A stretch of DNA of 64,000 nucleotides, from positions 992,001-1,056,000 of the forward strand of contig JASTWF010000093.1 of assembly GCA_030390025.1 (NCBI GenBank), read 5' to 3'. This document shows positions 36,721 to 51,079 of this stretch, piece after piece. The notes under the pieces were generated by a model, which did no database searches, was not told where the DNA came from, and saw nothing but the letters and a program-made list of their open reading frames with translations. Position numbers and translations under genes: made by a program. This stretch comes from Squalus acanthias (taxonomy: Eukaryota). How positions within the stretch are numbered: the stretch's first letter is position 1; the number at the start of each line of letters is the position of its first letter.

Positions 36721-37242
36721 TGTTATGAGGTGTGCATAGGAAATGGCTAAGTTAGGATACCTCGACCTGAGGAGAAAGCATTGAGTGAATGCCTTGAGAA
36801 TTGCTCGGGTTACTGTGGGTCAACCTAGTTTAGGGATAATGGAAAAGTACAACAATGAGCTCATGACGGCCATGTAAGAAAACAAGCAAAAGACGCCTCG
36901 GAAACAGTGAACTGGGACCGTCTGCTACAGATAAGGTTAGAACAAGGGAGGAAAAGACTGCAGTTGAAAGGGAAATACAAAGATGGAACTAACAGAACTC
37001 AGTTCAGCTATCCTTGTTTGCTAATCTGTATAGATGTGTGATTTGTAACACAAGTTGAGTCACAGCGCTGCAAACGACATGAGGGGTATTGTTTATATGT
37101 CCTCAATGGGCCTCCTACTTGTGAGCATATAGATATATATCACTTACTTGTAGTCTCAGTGCCCGGCAAATGTCAATAAACATCTGTCATTGTGTCACTG
37201 ACTCATGGGTCCTTGAATCTGTTAAATACGGTTCATACAACA
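36721..37242 (+). mobile_element. Probable solo LTR (~520 bp)
   Basis: TGTT...AACA termini, flanks TTCCC/CTCCC (imperfect 5-bp TSD), internal TATA-like run and AATAAA near 37176; interrupts a CR1-like 3' end. Confidence 0.6.
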
Positions 37243-37772
37243 CTCCCATTGTAACATCCAATTGTTTAGTGATTCTAGGTTTTTTGCCTCCACTTTCTCT
37301 GGAAGTTTATTCCACATGTTGATCACTGTGTGAAGATGAATTTCCTGATACCTGTCCTAAAACTACCTTTTACTAGCCTGAACCTGTGTCCTCTAGATCT
37401 ACTTCGGCAACTTAATTTAAAGTCACATTCTGGGTTAACTTTTTCTATACCTGTAGCAATCTATATGCCTCTATAAGATCATCTTTCAGCTGCCTCTTTC
37501 TCGGTGGGGAAAAAACCCAGTCTTTCCCCTCAGTTCAGAGCCCTGACACCTGAGAATCAGTCTTGTGGCTCTTCTCTGCACCACCTTCAGCATTTGGCTG
37601 TCTCTTGCTTCTGGGTGACCAGAATGGGATGCAGTATTCAAGGTTTGGGTGAACAAAGGCACTATAAATTTTTATTATATTCTACCATTTTTGGGCTGTA
37701 TAATTCAACATTGTGTCGGCTTTGCTGCTAACCGCTCTGCCTTGGTTGGCCATACTTATCGTAGAGTCTAGC

Positions 37773-39470
37773 CACCACGGGATACACTCACTGGAAGGAG
37801 ACACCGCGGGACACTCTCACTGGGAGGAGACACCGCGGGACACATTCACTGGGAGGAGACACCGCGGGACACACTCACTTGAAGGAGACACCGCGGGACA
37901 CACTCACTGGAAGGAAACACCGCGGGACACACTCACTGGAAGGAGACACCGCAGGACACACTCACTAGAGGGAGACACCGCGGGACACACTCACTGGAAG
38001 GAGACACCGCGGGACACACTCACTGGAAGGAGACACCGCGGGACACACTCACTGGAAGGAGACACCGCGGGACACACTCACTGGAAGGAACCACCACGGG
38101 ACACACTCACTGGAAGGAGACACCGCGGGACACACTCACTGGAAGGAGACACAGCGGGACACACTCACTGGAAGGAGACACCGCGGGACACACTCACTGG
38201 AAGGAGACACCGCGGGACACACTCACTGGAAGGAGACACCGCGGGACACACTCACTGGAAGGAGACACCGCGGGACACACTCACTGGAAGGAGACACACC
38301 GCGGGACACACTCACTGGAAGGAGACACCGCGGGACACACTCACTGGAAGGAGACACCGCGGAACACACTCACTGGAAGGAGACACCGCGGGACACAGTC
38401 ACCGGAAGGAAACACCGCGGGACACACTCACTGGAAGGAGACACCGCGGGACACACTCACTGGAAGGAGACACCGCAGGACACACTCACTGGAAGGAGAC
38501 ACCGCGGGACACACTCACTGGAAGGAAACACCGCGGGACACACTCACTGGAAGGAGACACCGAGGGACACACACACTGGAAGGAAACACCGCGGGACACA
38601 CTCACTGGAGACACCGCGGGACACACTCACTGGAAGGAGACACCGCGGGACACACTCACTGGAAGGAGACACCGCGGGACACACTCACTGGAAGGAGACA
38701 CCGCGGGACACACTCACTGGAAGGAGACACCGCGGGACACACTCACTGGAAGGAGACACCGCGGGACACACTCACTGGAAGGAAACACCGCGGGACACAC
38801 TCACTGGAGACACCACGGGACACACTCACTGGAAGGAGACACCGCGGGACACACTCACTGGAAGGAGACACCGCGGGACACACTCACTGGAAGGAGACAC
38901 CGCGGGACACACTCACTGGAGACACCGCGGGACACACTCACTGGAAGGAGACACCGCGGGACACAGTCACTGGAAGGAGACACCGCGGGACACAGTCACT
39001 GGAAGGAGACACCGCGGGACACACTCACTGGAAGGAGACACCGCGGGACACAGTCACTGGAAGGAGACACCGCGGGACACACTCACTGGAAGGAACCACC
39101 ACGGGACACACTCACTGGAAGGAGACACCGCGGGACACACTCACTGGAAGGAGACACCGCGGGACACACTCACTGGAAGGAGACACCGCGGGACACACTC
39201 ACTGGAAGGAGACACCGCGGGACACACTCACTGGAGACACCGCGGGACACACTCACTGGAAGGAGACACCGCGGGACACACTCACTGGAAGGAGACACCG
39301 CGGGACACACTCACTGGAGACACCGCGGGACCCACTCACTGGAAGGAGACACCGCGGGACACACTCACCGGAAGGAGACACCGCGGGACACACTCACTGG
39401 AAGGAGACACTCCGCGGGACACACTCACTGGAAGGAGACACTCCGCGGGACACACTCACTGGAAGGAGAC
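37773..39470. repeat. 29-bp minisatellite GGGACACACTCACTGGAAGGAGACACCGC, ~58 units, with some 24-bp deletion variants
   Basis: Direct reading; 29-aa periodicity of the spurious ORF equals 3 units. Confidence 0.97.
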
Positions 39471-39479
39471 ATGCTATAA

Positions 39480-39960
39480 TGAGGTCGGGACCCAAGAGCG
39501 AGGTCGAGGCCCAGGTGTGAGGACGGGGCCCAGGAGCGAGGACAAGGCCCAGAGGCGAGGTCGAGGCCCAGGAGTGGTGCAGCGTGGACCAGAAGCGGGG
39601 TCGGGAGAACCACACTGCAGCCTATGAAACCCAGGCAGGGAGGACCTGTGGGAAGGAGGGAGGTGGACAGTAGGAGTATGTTTGTGTGTGTGCTAGGCCG
39701 ATGTAGCAGAGCCTGGTCTCCAATCGTCTTGGATCCCCTTGCCATTGGACCAAGACCTTGCTCTGTCAAGCCCGTGTGTTGGTGGTGTGCAATGACCACC
39801 CCACGTTAAAACAATTCATGCACAGGCATCTTCCACCCTTTAAAATGAAGTTCGGGACCTGGAACGTCAGGACCCTCGTGGACAACCCCAACAGCGACAG
39901 ACCAGAACGCCGTACTGCTATCGTTATCTGGGAGCTCAGATGTTTCGACATAGACATCAC
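39480..39960 (+). mobile_element. 5'-only fragment of the same RTE family (5' UTR + endonuclease N-terminus)
   Basis: Aligns with ~41970-42385; MKFGTWNVRTL...RRTAIV. Confidence 0.85.
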
Positions 39961-41664
39961 AACCTGCTGTCAATCATTTCGATTTTGACAGCGGACCCGC
40001 CTCCGAACCTGCACTCTGAGTGCCGGCAAAATCGCGGCCATTAATTCAGTTCCAACTTAGTTACTATAAATCACCCAATAGTGAAGCCCCATAATATTAC
40101 AGAAGGGTGTGGCTTGTGCAATTCTCAAACTTTAAAAATGCTTTTTGTAAACATTAATTTGATCAGATAGCCTCTATTTATGAGTTTCCTTTTAAAGGAA
40201 GGGATATTTTCCAATATTCTGGGAAGAAAAATATTCTTCTAAGTGACACTGATGGCGCTGGGTACAAGTGTGTATATCGAGCTGAATCATTAAACCAGTA
40301 CTGAAACAATGTGATCCTTCCCAGCCTCAACTTTAACTTCTAATTTATTACCAGCTTATTCAAGGTCACTTTTTTTAAAGTCAAATTGTTAATTTAAAAT
40401 GTGTTGGCAAAGAAACTCAAACTAGCACTGAAAGCATTGCCATAACTAATTTTCATTTTTTTTAACAGGAATTGAAACTGACTTTACAAAAAACCAACGG
40501 ATGCTTAGAATTTTTCTTCCGATATCTGAATTTATAATCATATTAATTCTAGCTGTAGCAATGTACAAGGAACAGTTCTTACCATATATTTCAATGCAAT
40601 TTACGTCATAGCATTGTGCAATCACCTATAATCTCTTCTCCTCAGGGCAACTGCCTATTTATGTCCTGCACACGCCCATCTGTCCCTTTCTACGGATGGA
40701 GCGTTCTCAAGACAAGACACATCCCACTGGGCTTTGGCATTGGGAGAGTTTATCATCACTCCAGAGGCCATACATAATTGAAAGAAGAAAGAAAGAAAGA
40801 CTTGCATTTCTATGGCGCCTTTCACGACCACCGGACGTCTCAAAGCACTTTACAGCCAATGCAGTACTTTTTGAAGTGGAGTCACTGTTGTAATGTGAGA
40901 AAATGCGGCAGCCATTTTGCGCACAGCAAGCTCCCACGAAGAGCAATGTGATTATGACCAGATAATCTGTTTTTGTTATGTGGCTTGAGGGATAAATATT
41001 GGCCTGGACACCGGGGAGATCAATGTTCACTCTAAGTTGCGCGGCTGTGCAGCGCTTCAGGGGTGAGCCGGCTTTTTAATTGAAAGAAAATGCGCATGCG
41101 CAGACTTTTGAATGGGCCGCGTGGCCCATACCTTGTAAACGTTGCGATTCCATGTAGCCAACAGCTGGTGTGCGAGAAGTTCCAGGAGGCCACCTCAAGC
41201 AGGAAGAGATAAAACCTAGGGCGGGCAAGAGCGGAAATAGTAACTCACTGAAATTGTAGTTAATTCCACAACAACTTCCATTTTTGTAGCACCTGCCTAA
41301 TTTTCTGTGTCCTCCCTCCCAAGTACTGCTGCAAAAACAGCGAAGGAACTCCTGTGCGTGGTGTTCTGCGCTCTTTGCTGGATCATTCACTCTGCTGGCT
41401 AAATGTGAAATCCTGGGAACAGACTGACTCGTCTTTCTGTAGTGGGGGTGGGGGAGTTCCTGCATATCCTTAAAATGTAAAAATGAAACAGTCGCTGAGT
41501 AAAACTTTAAAAGATGGAAATGGGTAATTTGAGGGAAATTCACTGAAAACACTCCATGAGCAGCTGGACTTCAAGTTAACACAGTGATTAAAAGAAAAGT
41601 AACTGTACCTTTTGTGCAAGTGTATTTGTTTTTCCATTTTAACATGCTTACATAAACAACAACT

Positions 41665-41965
41665 TATTATACAGCGCCTTTAACATAGTAAAACGTCAAA
41701 AGGCGCTTCGGAGGAGCATTAGCAAAGTAAATTTGACACCGAGCCACATGAGATATTACGACAGGAGCTTGGTCACAGAGGTAGGTTTTAAGGAGCATCC
41801 TCAAGGAGGAAAGAGTGGTAGAGAGGTGGAGGGGTTTAGGGAGGGAATTCCAGAGCTTAGGTCCTTGGCAGCTGAAGGCACGGCCGCCAATGGTGGAGCG
41901 ATTAAAATCAGGGATGCGCAGGAGGCCAGACTTGGAGGAGCGCAGAGATCTCGCGGGTGGTTGTA
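41665..41965 (-). mobile_element. L2-type LINE 3' end (related fragments at ~9505-9840, 17875-18150, 32030-32385)
   Basis: RSLRSS...GGRAFS..GPKLWNSLP...LKTYL C-terminal signature. Confidence 0.7.
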
Positions 41966-44900
41966 GGGCGAGGACGAGGCCCAGGGCGAGGTCGAGGCCC
42001 AGGAGTGGCACAGCATGGACCAGCAGCGGGGTCAGGAGGACCACACTGCAGCCTATGAAACACAGGCAGAGAGGACCTGAGGGAGGAGGACAGTAGGAGT
42101 ATGTTTGTGTCTGTGTGCTAGGCCGATGTAGCAGAGCCTGGTCTCCAGTCGTCTTGGATCCCCTTGCCATTGGACCAAGACCTTGCTCTGTCAAGCCCGT
42201 GTGGTAGCTGGTGTGCAACAGCCACCCCATGTTAAAAGAATTCACACACAGGCATCTTCCACCCTTTAAAATGAAGTTCGGGACCTGGAACGTCAGGACC
42301 CTCATGGACAACCGCAAAAGCGACAGACCGGAACGCCGTACTGCTATCGTTGCCCGGGAGCTCAGACGTTTCGACATTGACATCGCTGCCCTGAGCGAGA
42401 CCTGGTGAGCAGGGGAAGGCCAGCTCAAGGAGCAAGGCGGTGGTTACACCTTCTTCTGGAAAGGCAAACCTGAAGAAGAACACTGCCTCCATGGGGTAGG
42501 CTTTGCTATAAAAAATGAGCTAGTTGAACGTCTCAGAGACTCCCCTTGTGGAATAAACGAACGCCTCATGACTCTACGGCTCACCATAGCTCAGAACCAG
42601 TGCGCTACGGTCATCAGTGCGTATGCCCCAATGCTGGAAGCCACAGACGAGACCAAAGAGGAATTCTACTCCAGCCTCGAACAATCCCTGTCCCAAGTCC
42701 GAATGGGCGACAAGCTGATCCTCCTTGGCGACTTCAACGCCAGAGTTGGAAAGGACACAGACCTCTGGGGAGGTGTGATCGGCAGAGAGGGGGTAGGGAA
42801 AGCCAACTCCAATGGTACCCTCCTGTCGAAATGCTTAGAATATGGCCTTGTCATAACCAACACCTTATTCCGTCAGAGAGACAGGTACAAGGCTTCATGG
42901 CAACACCCTCGCTCCAAGCACTGGCATCTGCTGGACTACGTCATCGTCCGAGCGAGGGACCGCAAGGACGTCCGCATCACCCGCGCCATGACAGGAGCTG
43001 ACGACTGCTGGACAGACCACCGCCTAATCCACTCTGTCATCTCCATCAACGTAGCCCCAAAACAGCGGCGGCAACAGAAGCAATGCCGCAGGAAATTCAA
43101 CGCTGGAGCACTCAAAGACCCCGATAAGAAAGTCCTATTCAGCCTGCGCCTCACAACCAACCTGACGACTCCCAGTGATTCAGAGACACAGAGTGTCCAC
43201 AGCACCTGGTCTGCACTCAAGGCCTCCATAATCAGCACCTGTGAAGAGACGCTCGGTCACTCGACCAGGAAACACCAAGACTGGTTCGACGAGAACAACC
43301 AGGAGCTAAAAAGTCGCAAGCGCAAGGCATTCCTGATCTGGAAACAGCAACAGAACTCGAGAGAAAGAAAGCAGCTCTACAGACGCATGAAGGCTGAGGT
43401 CCAACAAAAAACTCGCGACCTAAAGAACAGATGGTGGGTGGAGAAAGCGCAGGAGAACCAGCAGCTAGCTGACAACCACGACATGCGTGGATTCTTTAGC
43501 GCAGTCAAGACCACCTATGGCCCAAGCACCCAAGGTCCTACCCCACTCCGGGCAAAGAACGGAGAGGAACTCATCAAGGACAGAGAGCCAGTCAGTGCCC
43601 GCTGGAAGGAGCACTTCGAAGATCTCCTTAACCAAGACTCTGTCTTCGACGTGAGTGTCCTCAACTCCATCCCGCAGCATGCTACCCGCCACCATCTCAG
43701 CACAACCCCAGCCCGGCATGAGGTTGAAAAGGCCATCCGACAACTGAAGAACAACAAGGCCTCAGGAGCAGATGGAATCCCCGCCGAGGCGCTAAAACAT
43801 GGCGGAGAAGCACTATTGGTGTGAATACATGAACTCATTTCTCTTATTTGGAAGGAGGAGAGCATGCCAGGGGATCTCAGAGATGCCGTAATCGTGACCA
43901 TCTTCAAGAAAGGTGACAAGTCCGATTGCGGTAATTACAGAGGCGTCTCCCTGCTGTCTGCCACAGGGAAAGTTATCGCAAGAATCCTCCTGAATCGCCT
44001 TCTCCCAGTAGCTTAAGAGCTCCTGCCAGAGTCGCAATGCGGATTCCGCCCACTTAGGGGCACAATGGACATGATTGTCACCGCGCGTCAACTGCAAGAG
44101 AAATGCAGGGAACAGCACCAACCGCTGTACATGGCCTTCTTTGACCTCACAAAGGCCTTCGACACCGTCAACCGTGAGGGATTATGGAGTGTCCTCCTCA
44201 AATTCGGCTGCCCTCAAAAGTTTGTTACCATCCTCCGCCTGCTTCACGGCGACATGCAAGTCGTGATCCTGACCAACGGATCCACCACAGACCCAATTCA
44301 TGTACGGACCGGGGTCAAGCAAGGCTGTGTCATCGCACCAACGCTCTTCTCGATCTTCCTGGCTGCAATGCTCCATCTCACCCTCAGTAAGCACCCCGCT
44401 GGAGTGGAGCTAATCAACAGAACAAACGGGAAACTGTTCAACCTCCGTCGCCTCCAGTCCAGATCCAAGGTCGTCCCATCCTCTGTCATCGAATTACAGT
44501 ATGCAGACGACACCTGCGTCTGCGCACACTCTCAGGCCAAACTCCAATCCATCGGCAACACCTTCACCAAAGCATACGACAGCATGGGCCTTACACTAAA
44601 CATCCGTAAGGCAAAGGTCCTCTACCAACCTGCCCCCGCCACACAGTACTGCTCCCCGATTATCAAAATCCATGATGAGGCCTTGGACAAGGTGGACCAC
44701 TTTCCATACCTCGGGAGCCTACTATCAACAAGGGCAGACGTCGACGACGAAGTCCAACACTGCCTTCAGTGTGCCAGTGCAGCCTTCGGTCGCCTGAGGA
44801 AGAGAGTGTTTGAAGACCAGGACCTCAAACCCAGCACCAAGCTCATGGTGTACAGAGCAGTAGTGATACCCGCCCTCCTGTATGTTTCAGAGACATGGAC

Positions 44901-45482
44901 TATGTACAGCAGGCACCTCAAAGCATTGGAGAGGTACCACCAACGATGCCTCCGCAAGATCCTGCAAATCCATTGGCAGGATAGGCGCAACAACGTCAGT
45001 GTTCTCGCTCAGGCCAACATCCCCAGCATCGAAGCTTTGACCACGCTCGATCAGCTCCGATGGACGGGCCACATCGTCTGCATGCCCGATACGAGACTCC
45101 CAAAACAAGCGCTCTACTCGGAGCTCCGACACGGCAAGAGAGCCCCAGGTGGGCAGAGGAAACGCTTCAAGGACACCCTCAAAGCCTCCTTGAAAAAGTA
45201 CAACATCCCCACCGACACCTGGGAATCCCTGGCCCAAGACCGCACAAAGTGGAGGAGAAGCATCCGGGAAGGCGCCGAACACCTTGAGTCTCTTCGCCGG
45301 GAGCAAGCGGAAGCCAAGCGCAAACAGCGGAAGGAGCGAACCTCAACCCAAGCACCCCACCCACCCGCCCCTTCAACCACCGTCTGCCCCACCTGTGGCA
45401 GAGACTGTAGGTCCCGCATTGAACTCATTTTTAGTGTGGAAGCAAGTCATCCTCGGTTCCGAGGGACTGCCTAAGAAGAAGA
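41966..45482 (+). mobile_element. Near full-length RTE-clade LINE (APE + RT), single frame 42211-45474 with three in-frame stops
   Basis: GTWNVRTL, AALSET, LGDFNARVG, TDH, DLTKAFD, GVKQGC, QYADD, YLGS, CPTC; stops at 42406, 43822 and 44014. Confidence 0.92.
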
Positions 45483-48379
45483 CTTCTCTTTTCTAGAGAA
45501 AAGATATCCAGCCTGGTCAATCATTCCTGATAGATATAACCTTTCCGTTCTTATATCTATGGGAAGTTTTGATAGAGTAGACACACAGAGAGAGTGTATC
45601 CACTTGTGGGGATGAGTAAAACTAGAGAGCATCCATATAAGATACCTTTACCGGTGTCCTGGCCAATATTTATCCCTCAATCAACATCACTAATACAGAT
45701 GATCTGGTCATTATCACATTGCTGTTTGTGGGAGCTTGCTGTGCACAAGTTGGCTGCCACGTTTCCTACATTCCAACAGTGACTCCACTTCAAAAAGTGC
45801 TTCATTGGCTGTAAAGCGCTTCAGGACGACCGGTGGTCGTGAAAGGTGCTATAGAAATTCCAAATTCTTTCTTTTTCTTTTAAGATAGTCACCAAGAAAT
45901 CAAATCGGGAATTCAGAGGAAACCTCTTTACCCAGAGAGTGGTGAGAATGTGGCGCTCGCTACCACAGGGAGTGGTCATAGAATCATAGAAATTTATGAC
46001 ACAAAAGGAAGCCATTCGGCCCATCGTGTCTGTGCCGGCTGAAAAAGAGCTATCCAGCCTCTGGGTGAAAAAAGTTCTCCCTCATTCCCCTCTAATCCTT
46101 CTCCAATTACGTTAAATCTATGCCCCCTGGTTATTGACCTCTCTGCTAAGGGAAATAGGTTCTGCCTATCCAGTCTATCTAGGCCCCTCATAATTTTATA
46201 CACCTCAATCAAGTCTCCCATCAGCCTCCTCTGTTCCAAAGGTTGAGGCGAATAGTATAGATGCATTTAAGGGGAAGCTAGATAAGCATTTGAGGGAGAA
46301 GGGAGTAGAGGAAATGCTGATAGAGTTAGATGATAGTTAGGTCAGGGAGGACTAGTGGTCACAAATTGAAGTTGTATAAGGCCAGATCAAGGTTAGATAC
46401 CAGGAGATGGTTCTTTTCCCAGAGAGTAGTGGACCTCTGGAACAGGCTGTCGTCTCGTGCGGTGGACTCTGATTCGCTGAATTCCTTCAAGTGAGAGCTG
46501 GACCTGTTTCTGGCTGGGGCGGAGATCACCTCTTACAGAAGGTAGGCACTGCAGGGAATTCAGGGCCAGAGTGATCTCCTGGACTAGTTTCCATCACCTA
46601 GACGGGTAATCGTGGAGAGGAATTTCCCAGATTTTTTTCCCAAATTGGCCTGGGTTTTTATGTTATTTTGCCTCTCCCAGGAGATCACATGGTTTCGGGT
46701 GGGGTGGAGGGTGTATATATCGTGATACACAAGATATCGCAATTGTGTGAGACAGGCTGGATGGACCTGAGGGTCTTTACCTGTCCGTCATTGTACGTAT
46801 GTCGTATGTTTGTATGCGGAAGGATGGAGAAGAGTCGAGTGGAACATGAACCCCAGCATGGACTGGTTGGGTCAAATGGCCTGCTTCCGTGCTGTATATT
46901 CTATTTAATGGTTGTTTCTCGGACTGGAGGGAGGTGTACAGTGGAGTTCCCCCGGGTTCAGTACTAGGACCACTGCTGTTTTTCATAGACATTAATGACT
47001 TGGACTTGAGGGTATAGGGCACAATTTCGAAATTTACAGACGATACAAAACTTGGAAGTGTAGTAAACAATCAGGAGGATAGTAATAGACTTAAAAAGGA
47101 CACAGACAGGCTGGTGGAATGGGTGGACTCACGGCAGATGAAATTCAACACATAACAGATACATTTTGGTAGGAAGAATGAGGAGAGACAATAGCTGGGG
47201 GACCAGCAAGGCCCAGACAATGCGAATTGGCTGCAAGCCACGACAGCCAGGATACTGCGGGTGCGCGAACCGCGCATACACGGACCCTTTCTCCCGAGTC
47301 GCCAGCAGCAACGTTTCAGAGACCAATCGCCCATTCCGATAGATAGCGGGAGGGCTGGGAACCCTACACCACCCTTTGTGTAAAGAAATTCCTCCTAAAT
47401 TCTTTTTTTGATCAGTTAGTGGCTATCTTATATTGATATCCCATTGTTCTTGACTCACCCACAAGTGGAAGCAATATTTCCACATCTACCCTATCATAGG
47501 AACAGGAGGAGGCCATTCAGCCCATCGAGCCTATTCCGCCATTCAATTCGATCTTGGCTGATCTGCACCTCAAATCCATTTGCTCCATAATCCTTTAGAT
47601 GTTTACCGAATAAAAATCTATCAATTTCAGTGTTGAAAATTTCAGTTGACCCAGCATTCACAGTCTTTTGGGAGAACAAGTTCCAGATCCACCACCCTTT
47701 GTGTGGAAAAAGTGCTTCCTGATTTCACTCCTAAATGGCCTGGCTCTAAATTTAAGATTGTGCCTCTTGTTCTGGATTCCCCCATCCTCGTGAATCTTTT
47801 TTGGCACTTTCTTCAGTGCTTTTTGTAGTATGGAGACCAGAACTGCACAGAATTCTCCAAGTGTGGTCTAACCAAGGTTCTATCTACATTTAACATTACC
47901 CCCCGCCCGCCCCCGCCCCTTCTGTATTCTATTCCTCTAGTCCCAGTACTTTGTTCTCTTTATGGCCTCTCCCTGAATTTCTGTCAATGTTGCTCTGCTC
48001 CTCTCTAATTCTCTCTGAATTTCTGTAATCCATTCTGCTCTGCTTCCACTGGCTAATTCTTTCTGTCTCTCTCTGAATTTCTGTCTGCTTTTCTCTTTCT
48101 TCATGTGTAAGGCATGTACCCAGGAATTTAGGAAGATTTGTGCACGAAACTATTATCAGTTATACAAGAACAAACAGCGGCTTTGTTTACTCTGTTGGAA
48201 AAGATGGGGCTGATAACACGATGGTGCGTCCTTCCTGGGAAAATGATGTGTGGCGCCTTCCAAATACCTGAGGTGCTTGGCTTGTGTAAATAAGGTGGTG
48301 AGTCAGAGCGGGCTGGGCACCAATACACAATTTGTGCCCGAGGCTCAATAGCCTCCTGATTTCTTTTTTTAATTATAGT

Positions 48380-50686
48380 GGTCATGATGCGGAGATGCCG
48401 GTGTTGGACTGGGGTGGACAAAAATGAGAAGTCGCACAACACCAGGTTATAGTCCAACAGTTTTATTTGAAATCACAAGCTTTCGGAGCTATCGATCGCC
48501 CCTTCCTCAGGTGAAGTAAAGAGATACAGAATCGCCAAAGCATATATAGATAGAGAACAATGCATGTGTTACTTACAAAAGCAGACGACTACATTTAAAT
48601 CACCCTGACTGTTTATCTGCTGAGGTGTGACAAAAGGCAATCAGGTCACATCAAAGACATAGCAAGATACAACTGAGACAATGAGGTGGAGCCACAGGGG
48701 GTCCAATGTGTCAAAAGCCGCAGTATGGGAAACGATAAACTTTAAAATTTTTACTTTTTTACTGGGAATCACATCTGTTAACAAGCCAACGACGACTCGA
48801 GTCTGGATCACGTCATGTATCGTGACATAAACCCAAGATCCCGGTTGAGGCCGTCCTCATGAGTGCGGAACTTGGCTATCAGTTTCTGCTCGATGATTTT
48901 GCGTTGTCGTGTGTTTCTAAGTCCGCCTTGGAGAACGCTTACCCGCAGATCCGAGGCTGAATGTCCTTGACTGCTGAAGTGTTCCCCGACTGGGAGGGAA
49001 CACTCCTGCCTGGTGATTGTTGCGCGGTGTCCGTTCATACGTTGTCTCTCAGTGTCTGCATGGTCTCGCCGATGTACCATGCCGCGGTGCATTCTTTCCT
49101 GCAACGTATGAGGTAGACAACGTTGGCCGAGTCACATGAGTATGTACCATGTACCTGGTGGGTAGTGTCCTCACGTGTGATGATGGTATCTGTGTTGATG
49201 ATCTGGCATGTCTTGCAGAGGTTGCCGTGGCAGGGTTGTGTGGTGTCGTGGTCGCTGTTATCCTGAAAGCTGGGTAATTTGCTGCGAACGATGGTACTTC
49301 TGAGGTTAGGCGGCTGTTTGAAGGCAAGTAGTGGAGGCGTGGGGATGGCCTTAGCGAGGTGTTCGTCGTCATCGATGACATGTTGGAGGCTGCGAAGAAC
49401 ATGGCGTAGTTTCTCCGCTCCGGGGAAGTACTGGACGACGTAGGGTACCCTGTTGGTTGTGTCCCGTGTTTGCCTTCTGAGGAGGTCTATGCGATTTTTC
49501 GCTGTGGCCCGTCAGAACTGTCGATCGATGAGTCGAGCGTCATATCCCGTTCTTACGAGGGCGTTTTTCAGCGTCCGTAGGTGTCCATCGCGTTCCTCCT
49601 CGTCTGAGCAGATCCTGTGTATTCGCAGGGCTTGTCCATAGGGGATGGCTTTTTTAACGTGGTTAGGGTGGAAGCTGGAGAAGTGGAGCATCGTGAGGTT
49701 GTCCGTGGGCTTGCGGTAGAGTGAAGTGCTGAGGTGTCCGTCTTTGATGGAGATTCGTGTGTCCAGGAATGAAACCGATTCTGAGGAGTAGTCCATGGTG
49801 AGTTTGATGGTGGGATGGAACTTGTTTATGTTATCGTGTAGTCTTTTCAGTGATCCTTCACCATGGGTCCAAAGGAAGAAAATGTCGTCGATGTATCTGG
49901 TGTACAGCGTTGGTTGGAGGTCCTGTGCAGCGAAGAAGTCTTGCTCGAACTTGTGCTTGAAGATGTTGGCGTATTGGGGTGCGAATTTGGTCCCCATGGC
50001 TGTTCCGTGTGTTTGGGTAAAAAAATGGTTGTCGAAGGTGAAGACATTGTGGTCAAGGATGAAGCGGATGAGTTGTAGGATGGCGTCTGGAGATTGGCTG
50101 TTGTTGGTGTTGAGTACTGAGGCTGTCGCAGCGATGCCGTCATCGTGGGGGATACTGGTGTAGAGTGCCGATACGTCCATCGTGGCGAGGAGTGTTCCTG
50201 GTTCAACTGGTCCGTGGGTGCTGAGTTTCTGTAAGAAGTCTGTGGTGTCACGGCAGAAGCTGGGGGTTCCCTGTACGATGGGTTTCAGGATGCCCTCGAC
50301 GTATCCAAAGAGGTTCTCACACAGGGTTCCGTATCAGGCTTTTGACACGTTAGACCCCCTGTGACTCCACCTCATTGTCTCAGTTGTATCTTGCTATGTC
50401 TTTGATGTGGTAAGTTCCTGGCTGACCTGATTGCCTTTTCTCACACCTCGGCAGATAAACAGTCAGGATGATTAAATTTAGTTGTCTGCCATTGTAAGGT
50501 ACACATGCATTGTTCTCTATCTATATATGCATTGGCGATTCTGTATCTCTTTACTTTACCCGACGAAGGAGCAGTAACTCCGAAAGCTTGTGATTTCAAA
50601 TAAAACTGTTGGACTATAACCTGGTGTTGTGCGACTTCTCAATTTTGTCCACCCCAGTCCAACACCGGCATCTCCGCATCAGGACC
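48380..50686 (-). mobile_element. Penelope-like retroelement family 1 (duplicate of 1008-3314)
   Basis: Same ORFs at offset 47372. Confidence 0.9.
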
Positions 50687-51079
50687 TGTGAGCAGATTGC
50701 CTCTTTACTGTGTGGAACATAGGAACAGGAGGAGGCCATTCAGCCCCTCGAGCCTGTTCCGCCATTCAATGAGATCATGGCTGATCTGTGACTGAAAATG
50801 TTGGTAGTGAGGATCCCAGTGTTTTTCTTTTCCATGATTAGCTGCTGTGAGTTCTACACCATGTATTGTTAGAAATTGGGATTCATGGAGTTATATCGAG
50901 TCTACAGCACAGAAACAGGCCATTCGGCCCAACTGCTCTATGCCGGCTTTTATGCTCCATGCGAGACTCCTCCCACCCAGAGGATTTGAAGAATTATATT
51001 CATCACTGCGTGAGGAAATGATTGTATGTTGGCCTCAGTCTGTGCTGCTTCAGGAGACAGATTTAACTGCAAAATGTAT

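Noticed and set aside
37773-39470. CRISPR-like regular 29-bp repeats
   Set aside because: No unique spacers, no cas genes, eukaryotic context
37713-39479. 588-aa His/Thr-rich repeat ORF with a signal-peptide-like start
   Set aside because: Translation of a 29-bp (non-triplet) tandem repeat; the start is a TTG in a LINE remnant and unit deletions ignore frame
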